From an uncultured archaeon (lineage in GTDB: Archaea > Asgardarchaeota > Thorarchaeia > Thorarchaeales > Thorarchaeaceae), in assembly GCA_964354495.1 (NCBI GenBank), contig CAYHAA010000010.1, positions 78,016 to 110,015 on the forward strand: a DNA stretch of 32,000 nucleotides. The letters are read 5' to 3'. The notes under the pieces were generated by a model. That model saw only the letters and a program-made list of their open reading frames with translations. It was not told the DNA's origin and made no database searches. The position numbers were made by a program, and so were the translations under genes. Positions 27,829-32,000 of the stretch are shown here, in pieces; the first letter of the stretch is position 1, and each line of letters begins with the position of its first letter.

Positions 27829-28398
27829 CTAAACGGTTATTCTCCATTTCGCGGCTCGTCTTCGTTTGACATCTGAATCGGCGTACATTGGTAGAAGCAT
27901 CCACCTCTTCATGTCCGTCATCGTAAACAGTACTCGTGGAATAACCATGCCTAGCCCAAAGCCATAGAATACGGCTGAAGTATAATAGTATGGTAGACCG
28001 ATATCTATCAGACTGAGCAGCAGAGCCAGAGTTACAACAATAAAAACGAATGGTATGCCAAGAACCACCATTAGACGCTGGGGGGATATCAGTACGAATC
28101 CCTCGTTTCTGATGTCATCTCTGACCTGACTCAGCATATGCCAAGAAACCACGAAACCTATAGGAACCAAGAATAGAAACAATGCCGCTGCTTGAGTACC
28201 AGTCAGTATAAAATCCCACAGTGTGCCTGATGGTACTTGATTGAAGTAGGAGAGGACGATTGCAGAACTCAGGATGGACAAGAGAGAATCCACCCAGATG
28301 GACCCTGTAAATCCGATATTGCGTATCAATGGCTTTGATACATCTTCAGAAGGGGTAAGTTTGTCATTAGCCATGTTGATCACCATCTCTCTAGTCAT
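27829..28398 (-). CDS. Membrane protein (about 4 TM), possibly the partner of the upstream secreted protein
   Basis: Four hydrophobic helices; starts 7 nt after the stop of 28406..29293. Confidence 0.7.
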   Translation of the reverse strand: MTREMVINMANDKLTPSEDVSKPLIRNIGFTGSIWVDSLLSILSSAIVLSYFNQVPSGTLWDFILTGTQAAALFLFLVPIGFVVSWHMLSQVRDDIRNEGFVLISPQRLMVVLGIPFVFIVVTLALLLSLIDIGLPYYYTSAVFYGFGLGMVIPRVLFTMTDMKRWMLLPMYADSDVKRRRAAKWRITV

Positions 28399-28405
28399 TA
28401 TCTAT

Positions 28406-29293
28406 CTATAGGGACCCTGACGTATCGTACGCGTAGTACCAGATGTCTCTCCATAGTCCATGCGACATCTGAATCCATCCATTTGTACCTAAGTAGGAGT
28501 AGGACCACGCGTCACCCTGTTCAGTCTTCCAGACTAACTCCACCCATAAGACAACCAATGCCGCCCATACCGCAATGAATACGAGTGTCACAGCGAGGAT
28601 TTTTATAGCAAGTGCAGTTATTGTGATGCCAAGAATGCCGTATAGACTTATCAAGGCACGAGCTATCGTCGAAATACCAGCCCAGAGACTTGCAGAAACT
28701 TGAGTCTGGTATACAACATATTCGGATACATGAATTATCGAATATCGTCCAATCTTTTGGGACCAGTCTAGATTCCATTGTTCTGGGTGGTATGTATAGT
28801 AGTTGTCAGGATGATCATACTTGACAGGCTGTTTTGAACTACCAGGAACAGACACGAATTTGAAGGAATTCCAGTAGTATGTCGTGAATGTCCCCCAGTC
28901 GGTGGCAGTTGCAAAGGATTGCTCTGGTTCCTCGGGAGCAGCTGCAGTATCCGATATCCTCGCGACCTTCGTTGATTGTACTGTGATCTGCCGAGAGATC
29001 TCTCGGTCGAGATCATCCAACACAATCAAGGTCTGTTGAAACTCGACGAAGATATAATCCTCTCTTTCCTCTGCATTCCCAGACACAATTAGCCTCATCC
29101 GAACTCCATCATGTTCGAAGGTCTCCTCTGCAACAAAAGGCCCCAATTTGGGTTTCATCGCCTTGATTCGTTCTGATGCAGTCATGAACTCCTCATATGT
29201 CGATGCAGCAGTACTGCTAGGTATGGGCGCTACGAATGCAAAAACCATCAAAAGTAAAACAAGTGAAACAATGACTCGTTTTACAGACATCAT
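28406..29293 (-). CDS. Secreted protein with a long C-terminal hydrophobic hairpin
   Basis: Signal peptide MMSVKRVIVSLVLLLMVFAFVAP...AA and hydrophobic stretch SLWAGISTIARALISLYGILGITITALAIKILAVTLVFIAVWAALVVLWVELVW. Confidence 0.7.
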   Translation of the reverse strand: MMSVKRVIVSLVLLLMVFAFVAPIPSSTAASTYEEFMTASERIKAMKPKLGPFVAEETFEHDGVRMRLIVSGNAEEREDYIFVEFQQTLIVLDDLDREISRQITVQSTKVARISDTAAAPEEPEQSFATATDWGTFTTYYWNSFKFVSVPGSSKQPVKYDHPDNYYTYHPEQWNLDWSQKIGRYSIIHVSEYVVYQTQVSASLWAGISTIARALISLYGILGITITALAIKILAVTLVFIAVWAALVVLWVELVWKTEQGDAWSYSYLGTNGWIQMSHGLWRDIWYYAYDTSGSL

Positions 29294-29956
29294 ATTCGTT
29301 CCGAAAACTCCTCTCTATGATGTCATCTGTTACATCTGTTATTAAGGGCTAGTGAATTCCTCAAAGCGTCATTCTAAGCCCTAATGAGATGTTAGACACG
29401 GAGTGCTTCTTCAAATTCCTAATTGAGTACAAAGATGTATAACGTAGGTAATACGAAACACCCCTTCTGCTTAACAAATGGCCATATCATTTCAACAGAC
29501 TACTCATCGCAAGTTGAGGGGATTGAAAGGTATGATAGTAGTCTGTGACCCTTTCGACATGGAAATGTGTTGCAGAATAAGATTCCAAATTAAGGGAACT
29601 GGAAGGGGGATGAAATGGGTTTCCCCTTCTAGCACATTCACCGTTACCTGAAACAATGGGCATGACCCCTCCCGTCCTCTGTGGACAGCAGTGGAAAGGT
29701 ATGATTGTAACACGCCTTCATCACTGATGTTTCTCGCTGTTCAATATATAGGATAGCACGTCGTGGCCAAATGACTGTAGAATGACCCCAGAACCCGCTT
29801 TGTCAGACCATCCGAATTCCACGGGTCGGATACGAGTATGGGTCTTTAATAGAGCATCCTGAAACAGAGGGCCGTCATACTCCATGGAACACTAACGGAG
29901 AAACGAACGTGTTAGTAGTTGAACTCGGATTCTCGGTCGATATGAAGATGCCAGAC

Positions 29957-30331
29957 TCACGGAGGAATGTCCCCATGCTTCTTCGGAGGGCGCGATTTCC
30001 TCTTGCTTGCCAGCATCTCCAGACCACTGCATATCAACGGTCTGGTCTCATGCGGGAAGATGACTCTGTCAACGTAGCCGAGCCCAGCCGAAACATAGGG
30101 ATTCGCAAACTTCTCGCGGTACTCCTTCACAAGCTCTGCACGCTTCTTCTTCTTATCCTTGGCTTCCTCGATCTCTTTTCTGAAGATGATGTTGATGGCT
30201 CCATCGGGGCCCATTACTGCAATCTCAGCTGTCGGCCAGGCATAGACAAGGTCAGCATCGATATGTCTGGACGACATGACATCGTAGGCGCCTCCATAGC
30301 CTTTCCTTGTGATAATCGTAATCTTTGGTAC
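29957..30331 (-). pseudogene. pccB/12S 3' fragment, copy B
   Basis: [44 protein letters not shown]...[15 protein letters not shown]. Homology starts abruptly at about 30331. Confidence 0.93.
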
Positions 30332-30447
30332 TCGTAAACCTGAGGCATGTTAGGATTGTGGCATGAATACTAGAAGGTAATAGATCTAGATTCCTAAATT
30401 GTTGTAGAATGATGTACAGCTTTATATCAATCGGATTCTATAGTACG

Positions 30448-30666
30448 GTGAGGCTGAAAAAAGTGACCATTAAGACGATTCCAGTGTCAGAGGAGGTCTA
30501 CAAACTACTTGAGAGATTAAGACTTCCTGGAGAGCGATATGATGACACGATTCTTCGTTTGGCTGGAATCAAGGCGAGAGGGAAAGACTTTGATAAGACC
30601 TTCAAAGAAGCACTTGATGCAGTTGTGAAAGAGGATGCGGAACTCCTTGAGAGACTGGCACACTAG
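30448..30666 (+). CDS. Putative antitoxin, archaeal RHH-like VapB-type family
   Basis: KTIPVSEEVYKLLERLRLPGERYDDTILRL pattern. TTTATAT box at 30421-30427; directly upstream of a Doc toxin. Start uncertain (GTG 30448 or 30463). Confidence 0.75.
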   Translation: MRLKKVTIKTIPVSEEVYKLLERLRLPGERYDDTILRLAGIKARGKDFDKTFKEALDAVVKEDAELLERLAH

Positions 30667-30691
30667 AGTGTGACCTCTGGAGTCGTGTGTA

Positions 30692-31075
30692 TTGAGATAC
30701 CTCACGTTCGATGAGATTCTACAGATTCACAGAAGAATGATACAGGTCTTTGGTGGTGAAGAGGGTATTCTCTCAGAAGAGGCTCTTGAAAATTGTGTTG
30801 CACTACCAATGATGTCTGTCTTTGGAACAGAAACAAGTAAATCATTATGGTCAAAGACAGCAACGCTTTTACATTGTATAGCTAACAGGCATCCCTTCGT
30901 TGATGGGAATAAGAGAACTGCTTGGACTGCCGCCAAGGTTTTCTTGCTATTGAATGGATTTCGATTGAGTGCATCTCTAGAAGATGGCGAGCGTACAGTT
31001 CTGGATGTCGTTAAAGGATCCATCAATCTGGAGAGCCTTGCATATTGGATTGAGACTCATTCTGAACCGGTATAG
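30692..31075 (+). CDS. doc: Death-on-curing (Doc/Fic) family toxin
   Basis: HPFVDGNKRTA Doc-type Fic motif and YLTFDEILQIHRRMI...GG..GI N-terminus. Confidence 0.92.
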   Translation: MRYLTFDEILQIHRRMIQVFGGEEGILSEEALENCVALPMMSVFGTETSKSLWSKTATLLHCIANRHPFVDGNKRTAWTAAKVFLLLNGFRLSASLEDGERTVLDVVKGSINLESLAYWIETHSEPV

Positions 31076-31100
31076 AGTATGAGTGTGAGGTTTTTCATAT

Positions 31101-31292
31101 TTGGAACAAATCAAGGCCGCACTTGCTCAACTGGGATTCGAGCTGAAGACTAGTGAACTCTTAGCCTCAGGTGTAAAGATGACCGAGGAGCCAAAGCAAG
31201 ACATCGAGTGGATTGTGGAGAACAGTGGCAGATCGTGGAGCGAGATTAGGAATGACTATCCCACACAATCCTTTTCTGAAGTTTCGTGGTAA
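31101..31292 (+). CDS. Short hypothetical ORF or gene remnant
   Basis: 63 aa protein-like frame with TTG start, converging on copy A; no motif recognised. Confidence 0.3.
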   Translation: MEQIKAALAQLGFELKTSELLASGVKMTEEPKQDIEWIVENSGRSWSEIRNDYPTQSFSEVSW

Positions 31293-31386
31293 CATAGAGA
31301 GATGAGGGCACGGGGGCTATTGTAATCAATCTGAAGTATTTCACTAGCTCTCACCATATAAAATGAGAGCCCAATAATGCAAGAGG

Positions 31387-32000
31387 CTACAGAGGTATAT
31401 TCCCATGCTTCTCTGGCGGTCGTGTCTTCCTCTTGCTTGCCAGCATATCCAGTCCACTGCAGATCAACTTACGGGTCTCATGGGGAAAGATGACCTTGTC
31501 AATGTACCCAAGTCCTGCCGCCACATACGGATTAGCAAACTTCTCACGATACTCCTTCACCAATTCCGCTCGTTTCTTCTCCTTGTCCTTTGCCGCCTCA
31601 ATCTCCTTTCTGAAAATGATGTTGATTGCGCCATCCGGACCCATGACAGCGATTTCGGCAGTGGGCCAGGCGTAGACGAGGTCCGCTCCGATATGCCGCA
31701 AGGACATGACGTCGAATGCGCCGCCGTAGCCCTTTCTCGTGATGATGGTGACAAGAGGAACCGTCGCCTCTGCAAAGGCGTAGAGGATCTTCGCTCCGTG
31801 GCGGATGATACCTCCCCACTCTTGCGCAGTTCCTGGGAGGTAGCCGGGCACGTTCCTGAAGGTGATGATTGGTATGTTGAAGGCATCGCAGAATCGTACG
31901 GAGCGAGCACACTTGTCAGAGGCATTGATGTCGAGCGTGCCTGCAAGATGGGCGGGGTTGTTTCCGACTATTCCCACTGAACGACCGTCGAAGCGGGCAA
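31387..32000 (-). CDS. pccB: Acyl-CoA carboxyltransferase (PccB / transcarboxylase 12S) 3' portion, copy A; intact gene or another fragment cannot be decided within the window
   Basis: Frame open to the window edge: [15 protein letters not shown]...PGYLPG...GGIIRHGAK...HGNIPL*. It carries unusual residues (CARSV for xARFV, FRNVPG for FxDVPG). Confidence 0.85.
   Translation of the reverse strand, partial: ARFDGRSVGIVGNNPAHLAGTLDINASDKCARSVRFCDAFNIPIITFRNVPGYLPGTAQEWGGIIRHGAKILYAFAEATVPLVTIITRKGYGGAFDVMSLRHIGADLVYAWPTAEIAVMGPDGAINIIFRKEIEAAKDKEKKRAELVKEYREKFANPYVAAGLGYIDKVIFPHETRKLICSGLDMLASKRKTRPPEKHGNIPL

Larger units (their letters stand above)
17515..32000 (-). repeat. Dispersed direct-repeat array of six diverged pccB 3' ends separated by unrelated cargo
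   Basis: Copies end at 17515, 23258, 24370, 27398, 29957 and 31387. Hand-counted identity over the last 32 codons: A/D 80%, A/B 79%, B/D 83%, C/D 89%. Confidence 0.93.

Noticed and set aside
29294-29950. About 650 bp ORF-poor region with a repeated GAAAGGTATGAT and a small ATCCGA/TCGGAT hairpin
   Set aside because: Only two copies about 170 bp apart and a 6-bp stem; insufficient for a CRISPR, ncRNA or IS-end call.
24325-31980. Mutually similar plus-strand ORFs (24325..24903, 27416..27640, 29909..30337, 31405..31980)
   Set aside because: Their similarity arises because they are antisense to the pccB copies; they are not a separate gene family.
17515-32000. Alternative readings of the pccB repeats: assembly artefact, silent cassettes for C-terminal variation, or retroposed copies
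   Set aside because: The 79-89% identity is too low for repeat-collapse misassembly (long reads are still needed). Protein differences are mostly degenerative rather than diversifying. No reverse transcriptase or poly-A is seen, and the analogous 5S fragment includes promoter DNA.
1-32000. tRNA, rRNA, CRISPR array, integrase
   Set aside because: None recognised by eye on either strand; tRNAscan and HMM searches were not run.

Overview
This is an archaeal window, most likely Asgard/Thorarchaeia-like. That placement is an inference from archaeal TATA-type promoters, an archaeal SCP2-type thiolase and a longin-like protein. The left end holds a minus-strand core cluster: biotin-dependent carboxyltransferase 5S/OadA-type subunit, biotin carrier, and a thiolase-fold protein whose catalytic Cys is replaced by Pro. 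The main unexplained structure is an array of diverged, truncated copies of two housekeeping carboxyltransferase genes. Six same-orientation copies of the 3' end of a PccB/12S gene lie at 17515, 23258, 24370, 27398, 29957 and 31387; all reach the final codons but are 5'-truncated to different lengths. One promoter-plus-5'-end copy of the 5S gene lies at 6202-6514. Each copy is separated from the next by different cargo of about 1-6 kb: AbiE and Doc toxin-antitoxin systems, secreted/membrane pairs, a metallopeptidase-like protein, a CARF-HTH regulator and a longin-domain protein. I saw no integrase, intact transposase, tRNA or CRISPR array. The pattern looks like a polarised record of repeated homology-anchored gene capture at a conserved metabolic locus. 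The middle region also carries a Kce/BKACE enzyme, two aminotransferases, a radical SAM protein, a PRC-barrel protein and a membrane alpha/beta hydrolase. Nucleotide identities quoted are hand counts; no database searches were run.
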